DNA of 64,000 nt, taken from positions 341,620,001 to 341,684,000 of the forward strand of contig NC_091471.1 of NCBI RefSeq assembly GCF_036971445.1, read 5' to 3'. A program made the position numbers and the translations under genes. This DNA comes from Narcine bancroftii. Lineage: Eukaryota. Shown here piece after piece: positions 22,871 through 35,431 of this stretch (the first letter of the stretch is position 1; each line of letters opens with the position of its first letter). Below the pieces are notes generated by a model. It searched no databases. It was not told the origin of the DNA and saw only the letters and a program-made list of their open reading frames with translations.

Positions 22871-24008
22871 TGAATTAGTACTTTCCAATAAATGTAAACA
22901 GTATATGGTCATTTGTCTTGTTATTCCTGCTAATTTTATATTAAGGACAATACAAAAACATTTCAAAAAAGAGAAAAGCAAATATTTATTGCACCTTCTC
23001 TTTGAGCTTTCCACCAAACCGAATTGGAACACTGACTGAGATGTATAGTGATTGAAAAGTTCTGAAAGTTCAAGAGGTAAAATTATTTAAATGAGAAAAT
23101 TTGACATCCTCCCTGCACAGTGAGATATCAATGTGTCTTCACATACAAAAGAGTATGTCAATAAGATAACGCGATTTTACATCTATCAAAATCCTTCAAG
23201 TAATTCTGTACTGTCATTCGGTGTATTTTTTTAACATTAAGTTTGAATTAAATACTGCACATTTTCTCATATCTACTGATGGCATCAAACCTTCAGACAA
23301 GGTAAATTGCAGGTACTTTTCTAAAGTGGAAGACTGACTCTCACTGCAGGGATAATTCCTCAGGTCTGGTGCTCTTTACTTTTCATCAATGGTTCACCAC
23401 ATACAAGAAGCAGTACAGAAGTCAACAACGACTTGCATGATGGTTTTATGATTGATGAGTGAGCATCAGCATGCCTAGAGGTCAAATTTCTCTTCACCGA
23501 TGAGCTTGAACCTAAAACTAAAAGTTCCAGAATTATATATATATCAAGTGTGTGCAGACTTTTCCAAGTTTACTTTATCAATAAATGAAAGAGTTGATTC
23601 AGGATCCTCACAGAGCTCTGGTTAGTAAGGATAAAGTCATAACCAATTTGTTCTATTTGGAGCATTTCTACAGATGAAGAAATGATTGCCACATCAATGG
23701 GCTGCCTGCCATGACAGTTACCAGAATTGTGGGATACTATTGGGAAAATGTGCAAATATAAACCTCAATTAATCATAGCATATTCAAAGGAAAACACTTG
23801 GCTATCTTCCTAAGATGACTGATCAAGCTCCTGCAATTTGACCTTAAAACTAAAATAAAACACCATCTTGATTATTAACTATAACGAAGAATATCTTCTA
23901 AACACATGGGCTTGATGCCAGGCAATTGTTGATGCAATGCAATGTTCTTGTACATCACCTGGAGAGGTGTTGACTCGTGATGTTTTGCAGCTCCATTACA
24001 CAAAAATG

Positions 24009-24459
24009 CATCAAATCCACGCTGCTAAAGATCCAACTGTGCTGGATAGGTCACGTCTCCAGAATGGAGGACCATCACCTTCCCAAGATCGTGTTATATG
24101 GCGAGCTCTCCACTGGCCACCAAGACAGAGGTGCACCAAAGAAGAGGTACAAGGACTGCCTAAAGAAATTTCTTGGTGTCTGCCACATTGACCACCACCA
24201 GTGGGCTGATATCGCCTCAAACCGTGCATCTTGGTGCCTCACAGTTCGGCGGGCAGCAACCTCCTTTGAAGAAGACCGCAGAGCCCACCTCACAAACAAA
24301 AGACAAAGGAGGAAAAACCCAACACCCAACCCCCAACCCACCAATTTTCCCTTGCAACCACTGCAACCGTGTCTGCCTGTCCCGCATCGGACTTGTCAGC
24401 TGACGTGGGCATTTACCCCTCCATAAATCTTCGTCCGCGAAGCCAAGCCAAAGAAGAAG
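24009..24459 (+). mobile_element. RTE LINE 3' fragment
   Basis: STLLKIQLCWIGHVSRMEDHHLPKIVLYGEL. TSD acacaaaaatg at 23998-24008 and 24460-24470. Confidence 0.92.
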
Positions 24460-25184
24460 ACACAAAAATGTATCATATCATTAAAAAAAAAACAAAATTC
24501 AACACCTTAATACTAGAGGTGTACAAGGATGGAAGATTAAGTTGTCCAAACTTGACTTGATCATGGAAACTCCAAACCCTAGGATCAAGGTTAAAGACCT
24601 TAATAAAGTAAGCCACTGCTAAAATTCATTTTACTCTTGGTGTGAGTTTTCAGTAATGGGATTCCTCTGAGCTTTCTTCCCAGACTAAGCTAAGTCATTA
24701 GATACAAGCAAGATGGTGCCTCAGTAATAATATTATCATGAGTAAGTTTCAATGGAAAGAGTGGCACTGAATTTAAAAAGGTAATTAGTTGACATAATCC
24801 AATATGTACACAATGTCAGGATATCTTTAAAAGCAAATAATGTTCAAGGAATTTGGATGGCGTAAAATATATAAAGCAATTTGATTTTTTTTATTTTTGT
24901 AGGCTGTCACTTTGATATGCTTTACAGATTTGATAACGATTTGCTCTTACCTGGGCTTCAAAACAAAAATTGCCTCTGAGTAAAATGTGGGATCTAGAAA
25001 TTGAGAACTTATTAAAAGGCACAGTGAAAAGGAAAATTTAGGACCTAAGAAATCTGTCACACGAGGAAGGTTTCCATCTGATGTTTGCCACAGAGGATAG
25101 GGTCTATTCTTCAGATCATGGCTGTACCAATGGCTTAAGGTGTTCAGAACATGTTTAGAAGGCAACTTTATATAAATGGGTAAT

Positions 25185-25990
25185 TCAACTGGAAATGGTA
25201 CAGAAAAGATTCATGAGGATGTACTGGGACTGATGGGCTTGATTTGTTAAGAGATCCTGGATAGGCTGGGACTTTTGTTCATGGAGCACAGAAGGGTGAG
25301 CAGGGACCTTGCAGAGGGATATAAAATAAAGAGCAGCACAGATTGTCTTTTTCACAGTGTCGTGTAGTACAAAGCTAGGAGGCTTAAATTTAAGGTGAGA
25401 GAGGAAAATTTAGAAGGGACCTGAGGGGAAATTTTTTCATACAGAGTGTGGTAGGTATGTGGAGCAAGGTGCCAGCAGGAGTGCTGGAGGCAGCTACATT
25501 TACGTTGTTTAAAAGGCATTTGGACAGATACATGGACAGGAAAGGTTTAGAGGGATATGGGACAACCAGATACAGATGAAACCATCTTAGGTAGACGACT
25601 TAGTCAACATGGAGATGTTTGGTCAAAGAGCCTATTTCCAAGCTGTAGAATCCTATTATTCAATGTAAGATCATAAAAAATCTTGACAGGGTGATATTGA
25701 GACATTTTCTTCCTGTGAGCGAATGTCGCACCAAACAGTGACCCTCCAGTGAGACAGAAATGGGGTGATATTTTTTCTTCTCAGGTGATCGTAAGTCTTA
25801 GGAGATCTTTTCCTCAAAGAGCATTGGAGGCAGTGTCTTTAAATATGTTTAAAGTAGAGGTAGATGGAGACTTTTGAATGGTGAAAGGTGAACAAGAATG
25901 TGAAGTTGAAGTTGCAGTCAGATTAGCCATGAACTTATCGGATGTCGGAGAAGAATTAAGCACCCGTGACTTCCCCTTGTTCCTTTTTTC
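25185..25990 (+). mobile_element. Two consecutive decayed CR1 3' fragments
   Basis: LEMVQKRFMRM and LDRLGL-like motifs. CR1 3' UTR to about 25640, then a second UTR with gattagccatga. Confidence 0.65.
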
Positions 25991-26059
25991 TGAATTTGTA
26001 TCATGTTCTCCTCCAGAAAAACGAAAGAACTCAGAAATGTAAATGAATTTGACATGTCC

Positions 26060-26560
26060 CCAGTGTTCCCTACCAAGTTTTAGAGATGCACCATAGAACG
26101 TATCCTGTTCAGGTTCATGACAACTTGATACAGGAACTGCTCTTTCTAAGAATGCAAGTGACTATAGGGAGTTGTGAACACAGCGCAGGCTATTAAGCAA
26201 ACCAGCCTGTCCTCTATCAATTCAATCAACACTTCCTGCTGCGTCGGAAAAACAGCCAACCTAATAAAGGACCACTCCCACCCCAAATATACTTTCTGCT
26301 CCTATCTCACATCAGGAAGAAGGAGCTTGAATTTAAGAATGTGTATCACTCAATTCAAGGACAGCTTTTTTTTTTACTCTCAAGTTAACCTCCAACAAGC
26401 AAATGTCGATCTCTCATTCTCACAACATTACTTTAATGTGTAACAGTATATTCTGCACTTTTCTATGTGTTGTAATGTTGTATGAGTTGACTTACTTGAA
26501 AAACAGACAAAACAATGTTTTCTCTACAGCATATCTCTGTGCGTGTGCTGATGCACAACT
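26060..26560 (+). mobile_element. Rex1/Babar 3' remnant
   Basis: IKDHSHP and SGRR...FKDSFF motifs. Confidence 0.6.
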
Positions 26561-26917
26561 CAATTCCATTTAATTCAAATGACAATGAAAAGCAATTCGA
26601 TTTCAGTCAAGATGGCATCAGCTTGTACAGTATTATGATTCCATGCTACTGCAACGATTAGAAAGGATAACAAAAAATAAAGTCAGGCAGCATCTGTGGA
26701 GAGGGAAACAGAGTGAGCATTTCAGGTGGATGCTACATCGACAGAATAAGAAAAAGTTAAAAATCAAATTAATTTTTAATTGCAAAGTTGTTGGTGAAAG
26801 AGTGGAAACAAAGAGTGTTGCAATGGGAGTTGAGAAAGGGTGGAGAAAATTTGTCAATCAAAGGTGATTTGTCTGGTTACAAATCAAAGGAGGTGAATGT
26901 GACAAGTGGAAAGAACA

Positions 26918-29660
26918 TTTATTTTGGAGTATTTTATTTTTGATTTTCACAAACTCAACAAACTATAAACAAATCAACTTTATATATGTATTTGTGTGTA
27001 TATGTGTATGTTGTATATATAATATACAACACACACATAAATACACATGATATCTGCAACATCTTTGCAAGTAGGGAGAATTAATCAAACTGTGTGCCAA
27101 TATAATTCAAATGAGGATTTCATATTTTAACAATGTGCCATAATTCTTCCTTATATTGTAAGTGATCTTCTCTAGGGGAATGCAACTCTGCATTTCCATA
27201 TTCCATTGTCAGATGGTTAACTGGGAGTTGGAATTCCATGAAACCACTATATACTTCCTGGCTACAGCTAAGGCAAAGGAGGAAAAACCCAACACCCAAC
27301 CCCAACCAACCAATTTTCCCTTGCAACCGCTGCAATCGTGTCTGCCTGTCCCGCATCGGACTGGTCAGCCACAAACGAGCCTGCAGCTGACGTGGACTTT
27401 TTTTTACCCCCTCCATAAATCTTCGTCCGCGAAGCCAAGCCAAAGAGAACAGCTAAGGTGACCTTCACAAAAGAAATTTGGTGTTTTGATAACTTAAAAC
27501 TCATGTTCCTAATGTCTCCCAAAAGATACACTTATGTTTCTTGTGGAAAATCCACTTTTGAAATTTTCTTAAGAATGTCCCCCAAATTCAACCCAAAAAG
27601 GCCTTCCCTTTGTACATAGCCAGGTGGAGTGGACGAAAGCTCCAACCTCCACACCACATCTAAAGCATATTTCTGAAAAATCAGATTTTGATTTATGTAA
27701 TTTTTGTGGTGTGAGGTGTAGCTGATGTAAGAAATTATATTGCATCAATTTATATCTGGTATAATGATTCCAGTCATTCTGTTCATTACATAGGTCTTGC
27801 CACCACTCTTCGTTAATTTTTGTATTTAATTTTGACTCCCATCTCTCCCTAGATCTATGTAAGTTTGTTTTTGGACTTTGGAATAAGTAATACATTCTAG
27901 ATATAAATTTATATACATTCCCCTGTCAAATAAGAATCTCCATGTTGTTGCATCTAGGTAAAATCATATCTGGTACTAATTTTCCCCTTAAGAAGATTTT
28001 AGTTGCAGACAGCAGAATAATGTTCTAGTAGACAAATCATATTTATTTCTTAATTGTTCAAATGTCATACACTACCTTTACGTATAACAATCTTTGATAT
28101 ATCTGATACATTTCTGGCACCAGATGTCCAGGATCTCATTACCCATAGTCAAACCTATTGAGTTATTTTGGGTCAAAGGCATTTTTGGAGATATCCCAAT
28201 TTTTAATCCAATACATCAATTTATTTTTTCAAAATTTGTAGTTTATGTTTTAGTATAGGGTTATTTGATTTCTTTGAAATTAATTTAGTATTCCATTTGT
28301 AAATAAATTCTCCTGCTCTCTTTTTCATCTATCAACTATAACCCAAATTGTGCCCAAGGCGGGATAGTTGGTTCATCAAAAAATGATGCAATAAACTTGG
28401 CCTGTGCTGCCCGATAATATATATTTTTAAAATTGTGTTATTTTAGTCCTCCAAGTTATAATCCCACATTAATTTCTTCATGGAGAATCTCGCCACCTCA
28501 TCATTCTATAGGAACTTCCTAACACCTTGGTTAATTACCTTAAAAAAAGTTCTGTGGTAATGAAATGGGCAATGATTGAAAAAGATACTAAAGTCTTGGC
28601 ATCACCTTCATTTTGATGTAGTTAACCCTACCTATCAAAGTTTTAGGCAGAGCTCTCCATCTAGCTAGATCGTCTCCCAATCTCCAGAGCAAGGGGAGGT
28701 AATTAAGTTTGAACAAATTACATAAATGTTTATCTACTTTTAAACTATTTTATTCCTTCTTCTGGCCACCTGAATTGACAATCTTGTCTATAATCCCCAT
28801 TTGTTAAAGGTATATTTTCACTTTTATCCAAATTCACTTTATAACCCAAAACATTCCCATAATATTCCAGTGTGGTCCTTAACATAGTCACAACTTTCCC
28901 GGTCTGTCAAATATATTAATACATCAGCAGCAAAAAGATTGCTTTTATGATCCATCTGGTCCACCTTGAACCTCTTTATGTCTGGATCCCATCAAATGGT
29001 TTCCACCAGTGGTTCTATTGCCAGTATGAACAGAGCTGGGGATAATGGGCAGCCCTGTCTACTGGACCCATTCAATGGAAAAATTGGAGACATCTGTCCA
29101 CTTGTAAAAATGTTAGCTTGGGGTTTATGATAAAGTGTCTTCGCCCAATTAATGAATCTTTGGCCCAATCCAAATTTCTCTAGTACCTTGAAAAAATGTC
29201 CCATTTCAATCTGCTGAAGACCTTCTCCTCATCTAGAGCCATGGCCACTCCCAGATCCAGTCCCACTTGTGCTAAATGTATTAAAAAAAACAATCTAGTT
29301 ATGTTGTTTGTTGATTGTCTTCTTTCAACAAATCCAGTTTGATCTGGATTTGTAAATTTTGCTAGATATTTTGCCAATCCATAGCTAATGTTTTAGCAAT
29401 AATTTTATAATCCGTATTTATTAAAGAGATTGGTCTATAGGAGGCAAGATTTAAGGGATCCTTGTCTCTTTTTTTGGGATTACCATGATGGTAGGTTTTG
29501 TGAAAGATTCTGGGAGAATATGTGTCTCCGCCACTTGATCCACCGCCTTCATAAGAAGGGGCATTAGAATATCTTCTTCATAGAATTCAGCAGGGAAACC
29601 ATCCTCCCCCAGTGATTTTCCAGCTTGTAAAAAGCTCAAAGTCCTGTAATCTCTTCATTT
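26918..29660 (-). mobile_element. L1-clade ORF2 remnant (RT to CCHC)
   Basis: GEDGFPAEFY, PISLINTDYKI, DQTGFV, SSRQGCPLSPALFILAIEPL, CFRCG...HSTWLC. Confidence 0.85.
27274..27448 (+). mobile_element. RTE 3' fragment nested in L1
   Basis: Same RTE 3' end as other copies. TSD acagctaagg at 27264-27273 and 27449-27458. Confidence 0.9.
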
Positions 29661-29924
29661 GAGAGAGATTTAAATTCGATAACTCTAATGAATGTAAGAG
29701 GTGGAAGTGGAAAGAATATTAAAACATTATGGAAATATGATCTCTAAACAGCATGGATTTTAGAAAATATTAAGTACAATGGAAAATGTTATAAATAGTC
29801 CTCAGTTCAGGCAGCGTCTGCGAAGTAAGAAAATAAATGTTAAATGATAATGACTGTGCATCAGAATTCACCAGTTCTGATAGAAACATAATTTGCTGGA
29901 TATGTTAAACTATGGATGTAATAT

Positions 29925-30056
29925 GAAAGACATTTGGACAATCATATCCAGGGGAAAGGTTTGACAAGTGTGACTAGCTTAGATGGACAACTTGGTCAGC
30001 ATGAACAAGTTAGACTGAAGGGCCTGTTCCATACTGTACAGCTCTATGACTCTAAA
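29925..30056 (+). mobile_element. CR1 3' tail
   Basis: cttggtcagcatgaacaagtt...gaagggcctgtt...ctctatgactct. Confidence 0.7.
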
Positions 30057-30059
30057 TTT

Positions 30060-30850
30060 AGCATCGAGTCCTGAGAGCGTTAAGATGACTCGTTTGAAGT
30101 TGAGATGCTGATCCTCAAATCTTTATTAAACTTTGTTGGACTGGTTTAAGGGCAGGAAGGTTGGGTTGGAATGTTAAGGAGAATTAAGTGTTGGGCAACT
30201 AAAAGATCAGTAAAAACACACAGAAATGCTGGAGGAGCTCAGTCGGTCTTGCAGCGCCCACAGGAAGTAAAGATAGATTACCAATATTTCAGTCCTGAGC
30301 CCTTTCCTTTGGGCGCTGCGAGACCGGCTGATCTCCTTCAGCATTTCTGTGTGTTTGTACTACAATCACAGTGTCTGCAGACTTCCAAGTTTCACTCAAC
30401 TAAAATATCAGGGCAGCTCAGCAGACTAAATGGAGGTCTTCTGCAAATCTAATCTGCAACTGGCTTCTCCAAGTAGCAGATACCACATTGTGAGCACTAA
30501 ATGTCCACTGCCAAATTGAAAAATAAAAACAGATGGGTCATCATTGTCACTTTGAATAAAAGTTTGGGCTCTTGGATGTTAGGAAAAGAAACTATTTTTT
30601 TTAAAAAGGCAAGCTTTACATCTCCTGTAGTTGAATGGAAATGCGCTGTGAGAATGGGAGCGGGTTTTGGTGGAGGTAAGGACCAAACCCGAGAACCTTT
30701 TTGGAATGCTGTGAGAGGTGAGAGAGGGAAATGCGGCCAGTTGGATATGGAAGAAATAATATCCCTTAAAATATGGAAACTGCATGGAAAATTCCAGCCT
30801 CGCACAGGGTAGGAGGAGAGGCAGATTGAGTGAAGTGGAACATCGACAAT
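30060..30850 (-). mobile_element. Old Penelope remnant containing a palindromic mini-element (30211-30396)
   Basis: Degenerate similarity to the Penelope at 17200-17600. The mini-element is flanked by a 15-bp TSD caactaaaa(g/t)atcag (30196-30210, 30397-30411). Confidence 0.6.
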
Positions 30851-32046
30851 GATGCCTCCCTTCCTGACAGGTTGAATACATTCTACGCAGGGTCCAGTGA
30901 GAAAAATGAGGTGAAAGCCTTGTCTTCCCCAGGATGGTGATGGCAGCTGAAACATTAAAAGCATTTAAGAGATTCTTAGACAGGCACGTGCATGAAGGAA
31001 AAATAGAGGGTTACAGGGTAGGGTGGGTTTAATACTTTTTTAGGGATATATGGGTCAACATAACATCGAGGGCCAAAGGGCCTGTATTGTGTGGTTGCGT
31101 TCTATGTTCTAGTTCCCATGAAGAACAGGCATGCTTCATAGCTGTGGCTAAAGGAAGGAGGATTCTATCTGGAGTGAAGCCACACAAGGTAGCAGGACCA
31201 GATAACATACCTGGATACTGAAGGACATTTTCAACATTTCACTGTAGCACTCCACTGTTCCCACAGGTTTCAAGGCACCCATCATAATCCTGCTGCCCAA
31301 GGAAGTGACGGTGAAGCAACTGGTCTAAATGACCTCGGCTCAGTGGCACTGATTATGAAGCACTTTGAGCGGCAGGTGATGAAACGCATCAAAGCGCACC
31401 TCCCAGCAACACTGCCTGTTGTCCAAACTGGTCTATGGATGATACATAGCCATGACCCTCCACTCTGTCCTGACCCGTCCAAGAGAACAATGTCGACAAA
31501 ACAAAGGAGATGAGCGTGGTTTTCAGAAGGATGAAGGTCAACCATTCTTCATTACACATCAATGGTCCTGTCATGGAGAGAGTGGAGAGCACATACTTCC
31601 TTGGCATGTTTAGAAAGGGTGACCTATCCTGGTCCAACAACATCTCCTCATTAGTCAGGAAGGTGCAGCAGTGCCTACACTTCCTAAGGAGATTGAAGAT
31701 GGCAATGGTGCCGGCCCCCATCTAGACAGGAGAACAATTGTGAGTGTCATGTCTGGATGCATCATTACATGGTGTGACTGACAGCTGGAAAGCATCAGTG
31801 GTATAGCAGCATCAAGATCAGGTCTGCCAGGATGCTGACTAGCTTCCTCACTCAGGCAGTGAGATTGAGTATCTTGTAACTGAGCAAATTATCCCAAAAA
31901 TATTTATTTTAAATTCTGTCTTCATGTATATTTCTAACTATTCTGTGCTGTGTATTGTATGTGAACTGTGGTCTGCAGAAGCACTGTTTCATCAGGTTGT
32001 ATGTGTACAGTCCGTTGTTAATAGAGTTAAACTTGCATCTGAACTT
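30850..32046 (+). mobile_element. Rex1/Babar remnant with a nested CR1 tail (about 30945-31111)
   Basis: gatgcctcccttcctgacagg, GPDNIPG, LHINGPVMERVESTYFLG, QQCLHFLRRLK. Confidence 0.75.
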
Positions 32047-33454
32047 GAAGTGTGTTGAGAGCTTTGTCAAATATGGTGAAGAGGAAACTGTGGTTGGGGT
32101 GGGGGGGTGGGGGGGGGGGGTTAAGAAGTGAGCAGGCAATTCTTCAGAAAAGGTAGAAACTGCTGGAGGTTTGATGATTCCATCAGAAAATTCTGCAATT
32201 AAACCTAAATATCATCTGAAAGGCTACCAAATCTATGAATGTTGGGTAGTGGGGGGGGGGGGGGAGGGGGGAGTTGCTTTGTTAGTCTACCAAGTGTTTC
32301 TGAATTTTCTGAATTATTACCCTGCTGTCCTTTTGGGGAGTTTGTCTGTGGGCAGATAAGCAGCTAATCCTTCGATCAACATTTTTGTTCTCATTTGTAT
32401 TGAACCAGTCTGCTGCAGGTATGCAGAGTCTGAAACATTCACAAAGCCTATTTGCAAGAAGACAACCTGATGCAGAACAGCAACAATATTTTAAGAACAA
32501 ACTTATCAGAGGTTTATGCTCATGCAACAAAACAGTGTGTGGTCTGTTTAGTTCTCATTTAATTTGCTTATTTGAATGACTTCATAGTCTATCAGGCTGC
32601 AATTCACAAACAATGTTACATTCTCCTTTCCCAGAAACATGAAATTCCAACAATCCTTTAGGAATGATAATGTTTAAGCAAATATTGCTTGTTATATTTT
32701 GAAATTGCCCAAGATAAATGAGATGTTTCTACAAAGGCTGTCCATTTTTCATTGAAGTTGAATTATTGTTTGGTTTGGGTGGAGATTAATAGTTACATTG
32801 GCTTTAGGAATCAGATAAAAACTATGAGTGCTCGTGTTACAGTGAGGAAACTTCATATAGTAGTGCCACTCACTGGTGATGATGGAGATTTATAACCAAT
32901 GAAATTTTATACATTTAGATCCTAACTGGTTTCTAACTGAGTAGGCGCTTCGTTATCAGCGTCTGCCATTCAGACCTTCTTTCTGGAATTAGCTTCCCTT
33001 TCCTTGCTTAAATATCTTCCTTCAGCTACCTTTCAGTCCTCAATACTAGCTCACCAGTTCTTCTGTCCCTTTACCTTGCTGAATATTTTTTCATTTCCCT
33101 TTGCTGCTTATCATTGAATGCTTTGCATTATCCACCTGCACACTAATAAAAACATATTTAAACAAAAGCATTGAATTTGATAACTTAGCTGTCAAATATG
33201 GTAAATCTAAAATTGCGCCTAATTTTGAAATGCAACAATATTCCGACAGTAGGAATTATTTCTGTGGAAATAAGTCAACGATAATGCCACCAATATTCGA
33301 AGCCTTAAAAGTGATTAATTATGCTGGTTGTACTTTTGCCTAAAACTGTAAACTGGTCACATGTGTGTGGGACTGATTGTCAATTGTGTCTCAATACAAC
33401 ATCTGCAAGTTCGAAAATGCATTCACAAACTGATTAGTAAAATTGTCAATAGAG

Positions 33455-34865
33455 GGTGACAGTAACATGCCTTAATGATTACTGCCCTGTTACGCTAACC
33501 TCCAACATTATGAAACGTATCAAGCATCTGGTGATGGAACGCATCAAAGCACACCTCCAAGGGACACCAGACCCATTTCAATTCAACTATTCTACTGATT
33601 ATACTGTAACATTGTCCCTTCACTCCGTCCTGACAGGCTTCTATTCATTGACTACAGCTTGCTGTTTAATACGATCATACCCCAGAGGCTGGTGGAGACA
33701 TTGTCCTCTCCAGGACTCAACACCCTTCTCTGTAACTGGATCCTGGACTTCCGAATAGAAAGACCACAGTCTGTCCAAGTCGGCAGCAGAACGTAGAGCA
33801 CCATCACACTGATCACATCAGGGTTGTGTGTTCAGCCCATTCCTGTTCACACTACTGATTCAGGACTGCAGTGTCAGATCCAAATCCAACAGAGTCATCA
33901 GGTTTGCAGGTGACACCACAGTAATTGGCCTCATGAGCAACAACGATGAGTTGCACTACAGAGAAGAGGTGAAAAATCTTATGATGTGGTGTGAGAATAA
34001 CAACCTGAGTCTCAATGTAGACAAGACTAAGGAGATGATCGCAAACTTCAGAAGGATCAGGAATGAGCACCACACATTAATAATTCGGTAGAGGAGGGAG
34101 TAGAGAGCACCAATTCCTCAAAGTTCACTGACATCACCTATCCTGCACGCACTTCTCCTCACTTGGAAGGCTCAACAGTGACTGCACTTTCTGAAAAGTC
34201 TGAAGAGGGCAAGACTACTAGCCACCATCATGTCAATTTTCCATAGAAACTCTATTGAGAGCGTCCTGGCTGGCTACGTCACAGTATTGGCTTGGTTTCT
34301 CCAGAGCATTGGATTAGTGGCAGAGAGAATCACTGGGGTCTCTCTTTCCATCACATGATCTACCGGAATCATTGCCTGAAGAGGGCACACAAAATCATTG
34401 ATGACCCTGCACACATCTTTCAGCTACCCCCCGTCGGAAAAGAGATACAGGATTATCAGATCCAGTACCACCAGACTGAGGAACAGCTTCTTTCCACAGG
34501 CCGTGAGACTGCTGAACTACTAAATTTAGCGGCTCACACTAATCCTCCAAGACTCTACTATTTATTAAACAAAGGAGGAAAAACCCAACACCCAACCCCA
34601 ACCCTGCAACCGCTGCAACCGTGTCTGCCTGTCCCGCATCGGACTTGTCAGCCACAAACGAGCCTGCAGCTGACGTGGACTTTTACCCCCTCCATAAATC
34701 TTCGTCCGTGAAGCCAAGCCAGAGATTTATTTATTTAAATATGTGTCATTTGTCTGTATGCGTGATATGTCTGGTTACACGTTGGCATGTTTTGCACTGA
34801 GGACTGGAGAATGCTGTTTTATCAGCTTGTACTTGTGCAAATGGGTGATGAATGAACTTGAATAT
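33455..34865 (+). mobile_element. Rex1/Babar LINE remnant with an RTE fragment in its 3' UTR
   Basis: LNDYCPVTLTSNIMK, DPFQF, FSPFLFTL, RFAGDTTVIGL, LSLNVDKTKEMI. RTE 3' end at about 34568-34724. Confidence 0.82.
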
Positions 34866-35431
34866 AATGCATTCAAGAATCAACTGTTTTTGTCATTCAG
34901 GAGAAATGGGACTTTTTTTAAATAGGGGATAGACGCATGGATGTTTAAGTAGATTTAAAAGTTTCCCCTCAAATTTCCCTGTGTTTCTGTGGTGCTGAAC
35001 TGACCTTAAATGCAGTACTTGTTGAAGTTAGTTCGAATTTTGCAAATCTGATGAATTGGTCAGTGATGTATGGGGCTTAGGAGCTCAACATAATAGAAGA
35101 GAGAAGTTTCCCAGCACTTTTCCCTGTGCAGTCGCAGGAGATGCAACGCTTATTCTATCACTGATCTGTATTTGATTTATCCAATGTGGAGGAGACCACG
35201 CTGTGGATACCCCATGCAGAATACTACATTGGAAAGTGTGTAAATAACCACTGTTTTTGCTTTCATCTGGGAAGGTATTTGTGTCCCAAAATTGTGGGAT
35301 GGGAAGAACTGAATGAATCGATGTTGCATCTCCTACAATTGCACGGGAAAAGTGTTGAGAGATGAGTAGGAATGGAAACGCATATGAAAGTCACAAAAGA
35401 GGCAATCCCAATAGAATCTTTATGGAGGTGG

